DNA from: Deltaproteobacteria bacterium
GTDB lineage: Bacteria > Myxococcota_A > Polyangia > JAAYKL01
Reading direction: 5' to 3'
Assembly: GCA_030595125.1 (NCBI GenBank)
Contig: JAUVDV010000022.1
Location: forward strand, 3,064 to 67,063
DNA length: 64,000 bases
Below, in pieces: positions 20,916 to 30,222 of the stretch; position 1 is the stretch's first letter, and each line of letters starts with the position of its first letter. The notes below the pieces were generated by a model. That model saw only the letters and a list, made by a program, of their open reading frames with translations, was not told where the DNA came from and made no database searches. Both the position numbers and the translations under genes were made by a program.

Positions 20916-23423
20916 CTACTGGAGTCCGTCTATTCGATCTACTACGTCGGCGAATCCGGGGTCCTTGTTCAGTATTTTGTTGAACATCTCGAGGGCAGCG
21001 CTCTTGTTGCCCTGAGTCTCATGGGTTTTTCCGAGCTCGTACATTATTGCCATGCGCTCACCTTCGTCGAGCCCGGACTTTTTGAGGCTTTCATTGTAGG
21101 TGCCAATGGCGTCGTCGAATCGGCCGAGGCCGACCAGGCAGATACCGGTCATCATCTCAGCTGAGGCGGCGCGCGCGGGATCCCCCGAGGCTATCTCGAA
21201 CTCCGAGATAGCGTCTTCGAACAACCCCATCTCCTTGTATGCCACGCCGAGATCGTAGTGTGTCGCGTAGTCCGACTGAGAGATCTGTTTTTCCACGCCC
21301 GCCTTGAACTGCGAAAAAACCGCGTCTATCTCGTTGAAGACATCGTCATTGACTACCTCATCATCCAATCCGAGATCTTCCGCGAGAGCATCCAGGTCAA
21401 GAGACGTCTCGCTCGCCGGCTCACCTTCATCCTCCTTGCCTCCCCCTCTCATTTCCGCAGCCAGTTTCAGAACCCTCTTGTCGTTCGGGTGTTCCTCCAG
21501 AAGGACCTCCAGGATGCCTTCCGCTTCCTCTATGAGATCCTGGCTGACAAAGAAATCCAACTCCTCCAGGCTCTCGCTGATATCCGAGAGATCCTCCTGC
21601 GGTTCGATAACCTCGGGGGGCTCTTCCTCAATCGGCCTGGCCACCTTCGGTTTCGCGGGAGGCCTGGAGGGAAGGGTCGGCTGCTGGATGCCCGATGCCT
21701 TCTTCGGCGGAGCGGTTGCCCTCTTCGGCAGAGCGAGCGCCCTCTTCTTCGGCATCTCCAACTCCTCGACGACAAGATCATCACTCACCGGAACCAGATC
21801 ATCGTCCAGATCGGGCTCGGCGATGACATCCTCGTCCTCGAGGTTCAGAATGTCGGTATCATCTTCCTCGGGCCAATCCTCGCCGTCCAGATCGAGTTCG
21901 GAGAATTCGCTCGTGTCAGCAACGTAAGGAATGGCATCGATGGACTGGGGGGCTGCCCCGGGTTGTTCCGTCGGTTCCGGGGAAGAAGGTTTCTCGTCAA
22001 AAGTGAACTCGTCTTCCTCCGGCGCGAGCTGAACATCGAGTTCAGGTTCGGCCTTTGGAAGTCCTTCCGGCATGACGCCGCCGATGTCGGTAATCATCCC
22101 CCGGGCTCTGAGATTGTTGGGGTCGATCTTGAGAACCTGATGCAGGAAAAAGACCGTGCCCTCGGGCTGTTCCTCGATGAACCCCTCCGCGAGAATGAAC
22201 AACTGTTCCAGAGCGTCTTGCTCGTTGCCGGCTTCCAGGTGGATCTCTTTGAGTCGCTCGCGCGCATTGAGGTTGTAGTAATCGATTTCGAAAATGCTGT
22301 TGAAATGATCCCTGGCGCGGTCCACCAGACCGTACTTGAGAAGAACTTCTGCTTCGCTGAGAAGCTTCTCGGCCTTGTCCGCCGCGTTCTCCTCCGAAAG
22401 CACTTCCGGCTCGGTGGCGGCCTTTGCAGCGCCGGCGATGGTTCCGGTCATTGCCTCAGCGGGCGACGGTAAATCGTCGCTTGCCACGGCTCTTTTCTTG
22501 GGAGCGGGCGCGGCCTTTGTAACCGCCTCGGCCTTTGGAACCCCCACGGACGCCATCTTGTTGTTCGGATCGAGTTCGAGCACCTTTTGAAGGATCTTCT
22601 CTCGCTCTGCGGTTTTGTTCTGTTCTGCGAGGAGATTGGCAATCTCCGTGTAGACCGAGATCGCCTTGTCGGGTTGCTTCAGGCCCCGGAAGGCTTCCGC
22701 CAGGAGACCGAGCGTTTGAATATTTCGCGGATCCTTGGAGAAGCATATCTGAAGCTTCGTCAACGCTCTCTTGGGCTTCCCGGTTTCCAGGTAGAGGGCA
22801 GCAACCTCGCGAGCGACGTCGATCAGGGAAGCATCGTGGTAGAGCAATCGTTCCGCAACCTTGATAAAGTCATCGGTCCGCCCTTGCTCCAAGAGTTGAT
22901 CGCATGCGGCAGAGAAGTGCTTCACCGCTTCTTCGGTCTTGCCGTCCTTGGAGTGCTGTTCGGCTATCCGCAACCGGGTGGAGATGTTTTGCGGATCGAT
23001 TTCACCCATTCGCACGAGCACGCGGAGCATACGGTCGGGGTGATCTGTTCTCTGGAACATGTCCGCCAGCTGCTCCAGCTGGATCAGCGCGTCCTGCGAA
23101 AGGCCCAGACTGAGATAAGCGTCCGCGAGCATCTCGTATACGTCGAGGAGCGTGGGATCGAGTTTGAGAACCTGCTTGTAGACAGCGACCGCCTTGAGAT
23201 GAAAATCGCTGTTTCTGTAGTATTCTGCGACCTTGAGGTACGTTTCGGTCGCTTCTTTTCGGGCGCCCATCCTTGTGTAAAGGTCACCCATCTTCAACCA
23301 GGTTCGAATATCGTTGTTGTCAGACTTGAGGATTTTTCGATATTCGAGGATGGCCTTCTCGAACTGCCCCTTAGCGGTGTATTTCTGAGCTTGCGCTGTG
23401 ATTTTGTTTTTGTTGACGGCCAA
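20916..23423 (-). CDS. sgmX: SgmX-like TPR protein (type IV pilus / social motility regulator)
   Basis: N-terminal TPRs (KAVAVYKQVLKL, KRALTKLQICF), acidic Pro-rich linker, C-terminal THYDLGVAYKEMGL; next to mglC, as in Myxococcus. Confidence 0.75.
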   Translation of the reverse strand: MAVNKNKITAQAQKYTAKGQFEKAILEYRKILKSDNNDIRTWLKMGDLYTRMGARKEATETYLKVAEYYRNSDFHLKAVAVYKQVLKLDPTLLDVYEMLADAYLSLGLSQDALIQLEQLADMFQRTDHPDRMLRVLVRMGEIDPQNISTRLRIAEQHSKDGKTEEAVKHFSAACDQLLEQGRTDDFIKVAERLLYHDASLIDVAREVAALYLETGKPKRALTKLQICFSKDPRNIQTLGLLAEAFRGLKQPDKAISVYTEIANLLAEQNKTAEREKILQKVLELDPNNKMASVGVPKAEAVTKAAPAPKKRAVASDDLPSPAEAMTGTIAGAAKAATEPEVLSEENAADKAEKLLSEAEVLLKYGLVDRARDHFNSIFEIDYYNLNARERLKEIHLEAGNEQDALEQLFILAEGFIEEQPEGTVFFLHQVLKIDPNNLRARGMITDIGGVMPEGLPKAEPELDVQLAPEEDEFTFDEKPSSPEPTEQPGAAPQSIDAIPYVADTSEFSELDLDGEDWPEEDDTDILNLEDEDVIAEPDLDDDLVPVSDDLVVEELEMPKKRALALPKRATAPPKKASGIQQPTLPSRPPAKPKVARPIEEEPPEVIEPQEDLSDISESLEELDFFVSQDLIEEAEGILEVLLEEHPNDKRVLKLAAEMRGGGKEDEGEPASETSLDLDALAEDLGLDDEVVNDDVFNEIDAVFSQFKAGVEKQISQSDYATHYDLGVAYKEMGLFEDAISEFEIASGDPARAASAEMMTGICLVGLGRFDDAIGTYNESLKKSGLDEGERMAIMYELGKTHETQGNKSAALEMFNKILNKDPGFADVVDRIDGLQ

Positions 23424-23584
23424 TTTTAGATCCTGATCTAAGGCACCAATTCAGATTCTTTTCCGGTTCCGGCAACCGGATATCGCTCGAAGGGCAACAT
23501 TCGAAGCCACAGAACGGTAACAATACAGCCGTCTTCACTTACGTCAAGACGCGACGCATATAAAGCTGGCCTCCATCAACTTCC

Positions 23585-23616
23585 CCTTCCCCTCGCAGGG
23601 GAAGGCCGGGATGGGG
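23585..23616. repeat. REP-like intergenic palindrome
   Basis: Perfect hairpin CCTTCCCCT-CGC-AGGGGAAGG (23585-23605) followed by CCGGGATGGGG. Confidence 0.6.
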
Positions 23617-23645
23617 TTAAATCTGGCTGCAGGTGTGCGAGAGTG

Positions 23646-24002
23646 TCAGGAGAGTTCGCCATTCAGCTTGGGTGCAAGAACGCGGAGCGAGTAGCGAGTC
23701 TTGCCCAGGTTTCCCTGCGGAGTAATCACCATGGCCACGAAATACTCCTTGTTGATCACCCGCAAGATGGTGGACATCTTTTCCGCGCGGACGGTCACCT
23801 CTTCCATTTCTCCGGATTCGAGCATCTCCGAGGCCTTCTTGACCTCCCTTAGAAGCACCGAGAATTCCATTCCGATGGTTTCGATGTCCGGTTCCTCGTC
23901 GCTGGCGAACTGGGACACCGGGATGCCGTCGAAGCCCATGACGACGGCCGCCTGCCCTCCGCTGATACTCGTCACCATTTCTTTTAACGCTTCATCGAAC
24001 AT
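23646..24002 (-). CDS. mglC: Roadblock/LC7 protein MglC
   Basis: VMGFDGI motif and GNLGKTRYSLR..APK end; 118 aa. Confidence 0.82.
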   Translation of the reverse strand: MFDEALKEMVTSISGGQAAVVMGFDGIPVSQFASDEEPDIETIGMEFSVLLREVKKASEMLESGEMEEVTVRAEKMSTILRVINKEYFVAMVITPQGNLGKTRYSLRVLAPKLNGELS

Positions 24003-24065
24003 GAGTCTCCTCCAATGCCAGGAATCAAACTCTATGGCGTGGTCGTCCCTCTCGTCAAGGGCGCG

Positions 24066-24704
24066 CTACACTTCGCTGCGCAATTTGACCACGAACGTCG
24101 CCAGTTTTTCTTTTTTCTCAAAGATTTTTTTATAGCTCCAGACGTTCTTTTTCGTCTGGAACGGCCCCACCCTGACCCGATACCACTGACCACCGCGCTC
24201 CGGCATGTTGACGCTCACCAGAAAGGACTTGTGCCCCGCTCGTTTGAGTCTCGATACCATGATGGTAGCCTCGCGCTGATCCTGGAATGATGCCACCTGA
24301 AGGGAATAGGTGCCGGGATCCAGGTCGCTCACCTTCTCCGGAATCGGGCTCTCCTCGTGACGAGGTCGCTCGAGCGCAGTCGGTTCCTCCATGATCACCG
24401 GCAAGATCGGTCCGAGGGAAGCTGGCGTCGGTACGGTTGTCGGCCTGGTATCGAGGGTATCGTGGAAGGACCGAAACTTGACCGCACCCATGTCCGGGGG
24501 AGAAGGCTCCCCCGACTGAATATCCAGCGCGGCCAGTGGATCGTGGCTGTCGCACTTTTCCACGGGCGCGTTTCGTCCGCCAACGAGCACACCCAGCGCG
24601 AACACCAACCCCACCAGTGCCACCGAGCCGAAAAGAAGAAGAGAGACGTACTTGGTTCGTATTTCAATATGATCCTTTTTCTGAAATCGACTCAAATCTT
24701 GCAT
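24066..24704 (-). CDS. SPOR-domain bitopic membrane protein (FtsN/DedD-like)
   Basis: TM helix, Pro-rich linker, YSLQVASF...WYRVRVGPF. Confidence 0.88.
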   Translation of the reverse strand: MQDLSRFQKKDHIEIRTKYVSLLLFGSVALVGLVFALGVLVGGRNAPVEKCDSHDPLAALDIQSGEPSPPDMGAVKFRSFHDTLDTRPTTVPTPASLGPILPVIMEEPTALERPRHEESPIPEKVSDLDPGTYSLQVASFQDQREATIMVSRLKRAGHKSFLVSVNMPERGGQWYRVRVGPFQTKKNVWSYKKIFEKKEKLATFVVKLRSEV

Positions 24705-24885
24705 TTTCTTCTCTCCTGCCCCCAATGTCCTACATGTAGGTTCATGTAAACACGTTCCCGGTAGCGTGATCAAGTTTTCGATGAAAGTTTCCGCTTTCCC
24801 TAAAGAGAATTTATGGACTGATTTTCTTTTCGGAGTAACTCATCGCAAGGAGCGTGAAATAATTCTGATTCGGAAGGAACCACAC

Positions 24886-25887
24886 ATGACATTGAAAAAC
24901 TCAAACCTTTTGCTCTTGGTCGTCTTGTCCTTTTGCAGCCTCGGAGCGGATATGAAGGGTTGCGAGGGGATGGAGGGCGATTCACCGTTCGAACTCGAAG
25001 AGGACCGTCCGTTTGACGGCATCGTCAACGGCGAGGAAACGAACTACGAATCCTTCACCGGGGTGATCGGGCTCTATTACTCGCTGGGAACATCCGGAGC
25101 CATGTGCACGGGGACTCTCATTGATCCACGGGTCATCCTCACTGCAGGACATTGCGTCTACGGCCCGAGCGACGGGATAGACGCGACCGCCAATCCCAGC
25201 AATCTCATGATTCTGGGCGGCCCCGATCTGAGCGACCAGGCAAACGTAATCTACTACCCCGATGTGGAGGAGGTCGTGAAACACCCGGAATGGGAGGGGC
25301 AGATTACTTACACCTCGGTAGACCTGGCGATGATAAAGCTCAAAGAACCGCTGACCACCACGGAGATGTACAGGGTACGCGAAACCGACGACTTCGACAC
25401 AGGCACCACCGGCAAGATCGTCGGGTACGGTCTGTCGAGCTCGGCGGATCAGAATAGCTCCGGCATACACCGGATGGGCGACACGCAGGTACAGAACAAG
25501 CTGGAACACTACATCAACCTGGGAGATCCGGCGGGAACGTGCTCGGGCGATTCGGGTGGGCCGTTCTTCACGATGGTGGACGGTTTCTGGCAGGTCACCG
25601 GCGTCACGTCTCTGGGGCTATCCGGCGAATGCGACCCGACCACCGGTAATGTGGACGTGAACGTGGTGATGAAGCGCAGCTGGGTGGACGACACCATGAA
25701 CTCTTTCGTCGGCTACGGTCTGGCGGACGTTCCCCACGATGACGGAACCGATACTGATACTGACGTTGATGGCGGGATCTCCGCCGACGCCGGCTCCGGC
25801 GTCTCCAGCCCCGACGACGGATGCGGGTGCTCGTTGACCGGCGGATCCGGTCATACCGCGAGCCTTCTCACTACGATCTTCGGCTGA
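24886..25887 (+). CDS. Secreted trypsin-like (S1) serine protease with C-terminal sorting-like tail
   Basis: IVNG N-terminus, TAGHC, DLAM, GDSGGP triad; DTDTD linker; tail GCGCS..SLLTTIFG. Confidence 0.92.
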   Translation: MTLKNSNLLLLVVLSFCSLGADMKGCEGMEGDSPFELEEDRPFDGIVNGEETNYESFTGVIGLYYSLGTSGAMCTGTLIDPRVILTAGHCVYGPSDGIDATANPSNLMILGGPDLSDQANVIYYPDVEEVVKHPEWEGQITYTSVDLAMIKLKEPLTTTEMYRVRETDDFDTGTTGKIVGYGLSSSADQNSSGIHRMGDTQVQNKLEHYINLGDPAGTCSGDSGGPFFTMVDGFWQVTGVTSLGLSGECDPTTGNVDVNVVMKRSWVDDTMNSFVGYGLADVPHDDGTDTDTDVDGGISADAGSGVSSPDDGCGCSLTGGSGHTASLLTTIFG

Positions 25888-25890
25888 GAG

Positions 25891-25929
25891 CGTGCGGGAA
25901 ATCACCACAACCGAGTAGGCAAATCCGAC
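25891..25929 (+). promoter_or_regulatory. Putative tandem regulator-binding site, copy 1
   Basis: About 31 of 40 positions identical to 32168-32207 (hand alignment, one gap). Confidence 0.6.
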
Positions 25930-26032
25930 GAATTCGCCAAATCACCTGATTTCTAAGGTGAAAATTATCTAGGATAAATTCACAATCTTGTTATTATTCA
26001 GCCGTCAAGAGAACGGAAAAAAAGGTGGTAAG

Positions 26033-26164
26033 ATGGTTACTTTGACTTTTGTAGCCCTGATTTTGTTTTTTTTCCTGCTCGATTTTTTCGTGATCCACAA
26101 GCTGGAACATCTCCTGGAAAAAGCGAAAGAGACGCCCGGTGACGACGCGAAGAAGGAGGAGTAG
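26033..26164 (+). CDS. 43-aa single-TM small protein (not in the ORF track)
   Basis: AAAGGTGG RBS, MVTLTFVALILFFFLLDFFVIHKLEHLLEKAKETPGDDAKKEE*, ends 6 nt before the next start. Confidence 0.65.
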   Translation: MVTLTFVALILFFFLLDFFVIHKLEHLLEKAKETPGDDAKKEE

Positions 26165-26170
26165 GACTTC

Positions 26171-26947
26171 ATGGCAATCAAAAGCTCTGGCCTGCTCATT
26201 GACATAACCCGGTGCATAGGATGCGGGGCCTGCTCGGACGCCTGCAAAGAGATAAACGACCTTCCACCGGAAATCGACGACAAGCTCACGGCCGAGACCT
26301 GGACCGTTGTCCGGGAAAAGGACAATGATCTCCATGTCCGCGATCTCTGCCGCCACTGCGTCGAGCCCGCGTGCGTGGCATCGTGTCTAGTGGCCGCGCT
26401 CACAAAGACCGAGCACGGCCCGGTAATATACGACAAATCCGTCTGCATCGGCTGCCGTTACTGCATGGTCGCCTGCCCGTTCCAGGTTCCGTGTTTCGAG
26501 TGGCATTCCCCCAATCCCCGGATTCGCAAGTGCATCTTGTGTGAGCCGCGCGTGCGCGAAGGAAAGAGCACCGGCTGCGCAGAGGCGTGCCCCACCGAGG
26601 CCACGGTCTTCGGCGATCGCGAGACATTGGTGGAGATGGCAAGAGCGCGAATAAAGGCCGACCCAAAGCGGTATCACGACCATATCTACGGTCTCGATGA
26701 GGTCGGCGGAACCGCCGTGATGTTCCTGTCGCCGGTCCCTTTCGAGGATCTCGATTTCAACACCGACCTGGTCAATTATCCACTATCGGACATCACCTGG
26801 AATATCCTTCGGCAAGTGCCCACTATAGTGGCCGGGGGCGCGGTATTCCTGGGCGCCAGCTACTGGCTGTTCAACAGACGCGAGAAAGTAAAACAGGCCG
26901 AGCAAGTGGTCGGACCAGGGCCCAAAAAGGAGGCGGACGATGTTTAG
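26171..26947 (+). CDS. HybA/FdhH-like 4x[4Fe-4S] protein with C-terminal TM anchor
   Basis: CIGCGACSDAC, CRHCVEPACVASC, CIGCRYCMVACP, KCILC..CAEACP; YGLDEVGGT; C-terminal TM. Confidence 0.9.
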   Translation: MAIKSSGLLIDITRCIGCGACSDACKEINDLPPEIDDKLTAETWTVVREKDNDLHVRDLCRHCVEPACVASCLVAALTKTEHGPVIYDKSVCIGCRYCMVACPFQVPCFEWHSPNPRIRKCILCEPRVREGKSTGCAEACPTEATVFGDRETLVEMARARIKADPKRYHDHIYGLDEVGGTAVMFLSPVPFEDLDFNTDLVNYPLSDITWNILRQVPTIVAGGAVFLGASYWLFNRREKVKQAEQVVGPGPKKEADDV

Positions 26948-28073
26948 ATCGGCCGTCAAATTAATAACGCCGTGGCGCCTGATCATGGCGGCATTCCTGG
27001 CAACCGGCGCGGTGCTCGTGTTTTTCAGGTTCACCCGTGGCCTGGGCTCGATAACCAACCTGAGCGATCAGACGCCCTGGGGCATGTGGGTCGGGTTCGA
27101 TATCCTGGCCGGCATCGGCCTCGCGGCCGGCGGTTTCGTGATGGCGGCTGCGGTCTACGTGTTCAACCTCAAGAAATATCGGCCCATTGTGCGGATGGCA
27201 ATTCTGACCGCGCTGCTGGGCTATATTATCTTCATCGTCGGCCTGATCCTCGAGGTCGGCCGGCCCTGGAACATGTGGCGCGTGATAACCAACCCAAACA
27301 TTCACTCGCCCCTGTACGAAGTCTCCCTGTGCGTGATGGCCTATACCATGGTGCTGTTTCTGGAGTTCTCCCAGGTCTTTTTCGAGAAGTTCGGATGGAA
27401 CCGCCTGATGGCCGTCTTTCACAGATTGAGCGTTATGCTCGTGATCCTGGGCGCACTGATCTCCACGTTGCATCAGTCAACCCTGGGCACGCTGTTCACA
27501 ATTGCGCCGAGCAAAATGCACCCGCTGTGGTACTCGCCGCTCTTGCCCGTTCATTTTTTCCTGTCGTGCATCGCGGCCGGCTTGGGCATGGTCTGCTTCG
27601 AGTCGTTCCTGAGCGAGCGTTTTCTCAAGCACCCGCCCCGAATGGATCTCCTGTCGCGGATCGCGAGGTTCATGGCCGTGATGCTGGTCGCGTACTTCAT
27701 CTTCAGGATAGGGGACCTGGCTGTTCGAGGAGTGATCGGTCTGGCGTTTACAGCCGGCTTTGCAGCGCTCCTCTTCTGGCTGGAAAATCTTCTGTTCGTG
27801 ATTCTCCCCATCATCATGGTGTTCCGCCGGGGTCTCAATATCGGCAGAACATCGCTGTTCATCGTTTCGTTTTCCGTGGTCCTCGGCTTTATCATGCACA
27901 GGTTCAACGTGGCGATCACGAGCTTTCAATTGGTCAAGGACGCCGGCTACTTCCCATCCTGGATGGAGTTCGTGGTAACGGCGTGCCTGATCTCGGCCGG
28001 GTTCATAGCAGCCGGTCTGGCGGTACATTTGCTGCCGGTGCACGGTGGGGAAACAGAGAAGTCCAAAAACTAG
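26940..28073 (+). CDS. NrfD/HybB-family quinone-interacting membrane subunit
   Basis: TNLSDQTPWGMWVGFD, LEVGRPW, STLHQSTLG, HPLWYSPLLP; about 10 TM helices. Confidence 0.9.
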   Translation: MFRSAVKLITPWRLIMAAFLATGAVLVFFRFTRGLGSITNLSDQTPWGMWVGFDILAGIGLAAGGFVMAAAVYVFNLKKYRPIVRMAILTALLGYIIFIVGLILEVGRPWNMWRVITNPNIHSPLYEVSLCVMAYTMVLFLEFSQVFFEKFGWNRLMAVFHRLSVMLVILGALISTLHQSTLGTLFTIAPSKMHPLWYSPLLPVHFFLSCIAAGLGMVCFESFLSERFLKHPPRMDLLSRIARFMAVMLVAYFIFRIGDLAVRGVIGLAFTAGFAALLFWLENLLFVILPIIMVFRRGLNIGRTSLFIVSFSVVLGFIMHRFNVAITSFQLVKDAGYFPSWMEFVVTACLISAGFIAAGLAVHLLPVHGGETEKSKN

Positions 28074-28091
28074 GACAAGGGAGCAATATCG

Positions 28092-28562
28092 ATGAAATTG
28101 GCAAGGATACGCGCAACCCTATCGGCGATAGCGGCTTTCGCGGTGCTCTCTTCCATTGCGATAGCCGGCGACCTGCCAGGCAAGATACAGATCAAGTCGC
28201 TCGAAAACCTCTACGGTCCCGCTGTCTTCGATCACAAGATGCACATCGACACGGCTGACAGTTGCAAGACGTGTCACCACAAGCCTTTCGGCAAGCCCAT
28301 GGGCTGCGGAGATTGCCACGAGGACACGTCCAAACTCGGCGCCTTCAACCACGAACAACACTGGGAATTCGACGACTGCGCGTCCTGCCATCGGGCAAAG
28401 TCGACCCACGAGTTGGCCTGCTCGAGTTGCCATCTGAATCCATACGATAAAAAACAGCTCCACGTTCCGGGCCTCAAGGGCGCGCTTCACGATCAGTGTA
28501 TGGGTTGCCACAAGGAAAACGGAGTTGAAAACTCCTGCACGACCTGCCACGTGAAAAAATAG
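28092..28562 (+). CDS. Periplasmic hexahaem cytochrome c3-like protein
   Basis: Signal peptide; six CxxCH motifs; FDHKMH c3-type distal His. Confidence 0.9.
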   Translation: MKLARIRATLSAIAAFAVLSSIAIAGDLPGKIQIKSLENLYGPAVFDHKMHIDTADSCKTCHHKPFGKPMGCGDCHEDTSKLGAFNHEQHWEFDDCASCHRAKSTHELACSSCHLNPYDKKQLHVPGLKGALHDQCMGCHKENGVENSCTTCHVKK

Positions 28563-28602
28563 TAGGCTCTAAACAGGTCGCAACGATAGGAATGAGGACA
28601 TC

Positions 28603-30222
28603 TTGCGTATCCTGCAATCCAGCTTGGCCCTTCGGTTAATCCTTCCGCTGGCGTTTTTTATTGCCATTGTTTCAGGCGTCTACGGATTCGTCGACGCGCA
28701 TATTCAGGAAAAGCAGCTCATCGACGAGATGGTGCTCGGTGTCGACCAGCTCTCCCGAGGCATCACCAGCGCGACATGGCACGCCATGTTGTACGACCAG
28801 AGAGAAACCGCTTACACGGTGATGCGGACCATCGGCGAGAAACAGGGAATCGAGAGCATCCGGTTCTTCAACAAGGAAGGCCTGGTCACGTTCTCCACGG
28901 ATCCAAACGCCGCAAAGCAGGTCGACAAGAACGCGGAGGCCTGCTTCCTGTGCCACACCAGGGAACAGCCGCTCGTCAAGTTGGATATGCCCTCCAGGGC
29001 GCGGGTCTATCGCGGAATGGACGGGAGCCGCAAAGTCGCCATGGTGACCCCCATCTACAACGAACCCTCCTGCTCGGAAGCCAAGTGCCACGCACACCCG
29101 GGGGAGCAATCCGTACTGGGTGTTCTCGACATTACGATGAACGCGGATCAAGTGGATCGAGATGTGGCCGGTATCCAGATGCGCACCTTTGGCATGACGG
29201 TGATCCAGATTCTGCTGATAGTCGTCCTTGTTTACATCGTCTTGCGGCGATACGTCACGCACCCCATTCGCGGACTCATCAAATGGACAAAGAGCGTCGG
29301 CGGCATGGAGCCGTCCCGCCCCATCGATGTCAAGACCAGGGGCGAACTCGCCGAACTCGCCAGTTCTTTCAATTCAATGGGGGACCGTCTCAACGACGCC
29401 CATGCCGAGATAAGCGACTTTACAAGACATCTCGAGCAAAAGGTCGAGGAACGCACGCAACAGCTCTACCATACCCAGCAACGGCTCATCCAGAGCGATC
29501 GCCTGGCCTCCCTGGGGCAGCTCGCCGCAAGCGTGGCTCACGAGATAAACAACCCCATCGCCGGTGTGCTCAACTTCTCCGAGTTAATGAATCGCCTCAT
29601 CGGCGACCACGGGATCCCGGCCGGCCGGGAGAAAGACTTCAAACGTTACCTGACCATGATTTCCGAGGAGACCGCGCGGGTCGGGCGAATCGTCACCGAC
29701 CTTCTCACGTTCTCGAGGCGGCCGTCACCCCAGAGGGCCAAGATCGATCTGTGCGGCGTCATCAAGCACACGGTATCGCTGGTCATGCACAAGCTCGAGT
29801 TGGAGAGCATCAATCTCGTACTCGATCTGAATGGATCCCTGCCCGAGGTGTTGTGCGACGGCTCGCAGATACGGCAAGTGTTGATCAATCTCGTGATGAA
29901 CGCCTCCGAATCAATCTCCGGCGAGGGCACAATTACCGTGCACACGGCCCTGGCTCCGGATAACAACGGCGTGATCATCGAAGTGGCGGACACGGGCTCC
30001 GGCATACCCAAGGAAATCCTGTCCCGTATCTACGACCCCTTCTTCTCCACAAAGGAGGAGGGGAAAGGCGTGGGGTTGGGACTCGCGGTCGTGTACGGAA
30101 TCGTGGACGCACACGATGGAAGCATCACCGTTGAAAGCTCCGCCGACACCGGTACGACATTCAAGGTGTTCCTGCCAATCGAGAACACCGAATCCACGGT
30201 CGGCAACGGAATTGACCCGTGA
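28603..30222 (+). CDS. Sensor histidine kinase with periplasmic c-haem motifs and HAMP domain
   Basis: Two TMs; periplasmic CFLCH and CSEAKCH; H-box AHEINNP; N/G boxes (DTGSG, GVGLGL). Confidence 0.92.
   Translation: MRILQSSLALRLILPLAFFIAIVSGVYGFVDAHIQEKQLIDEMVLGVDQLSRGITSATWHAMLYDQRETAYTVMRTIGEKQGIESIRFFNKEGLVTFSTDPNAAKQVDKNAEACFLCHTREQPLVKLDMPSRARVYRGMDGSRKVAMVTPIYNEPSCSEAKCHAHPGEQSVLGVLDITMNADQVDRDVAGIQMRTFGMTVIQILLIVVLVYIVLRRYVTHPIRGLIKWTKSVGGMEPSRPIDVKTRGELAELASSFNSMGDRLNDAHAEISDFTRHLEQKVEERTQQLYHTQQRLIQSDRLASLGQLAASVAHEINNPIAGVLNFSELMNRLIGDHGIPAGREKDFKRYLTMISEETARVGRIVTDLLTFSRRPSPQRAKIDLCGVIKHTVSLVMHKLELESINLVLDLNGSLPEVLCDGSQIRQVLINLVMNASESISGEGTITVHTALAPDNNGVIIEVADTGSGIPKEILSRIYDPFFSTKEEGKGVGLGLAVVYGIVDAHDGSITVESSADTGTTFKVFLPIENTESTVGNGIDP

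Noticed and set aside
24729..24740. Palindrome CCTACATGTAGG upstream of the SPOR gene as another copy of the island motif
   Set aside because: The half-sites are in the opposite order with no spacer, so a single occurrence is not enough.
25958..25985. Imperfect inverted repeat with TTCACAA as a possible Rex box
   Set aside because: Only one half-site matches TTGTGAA-N4-TTCACAA.
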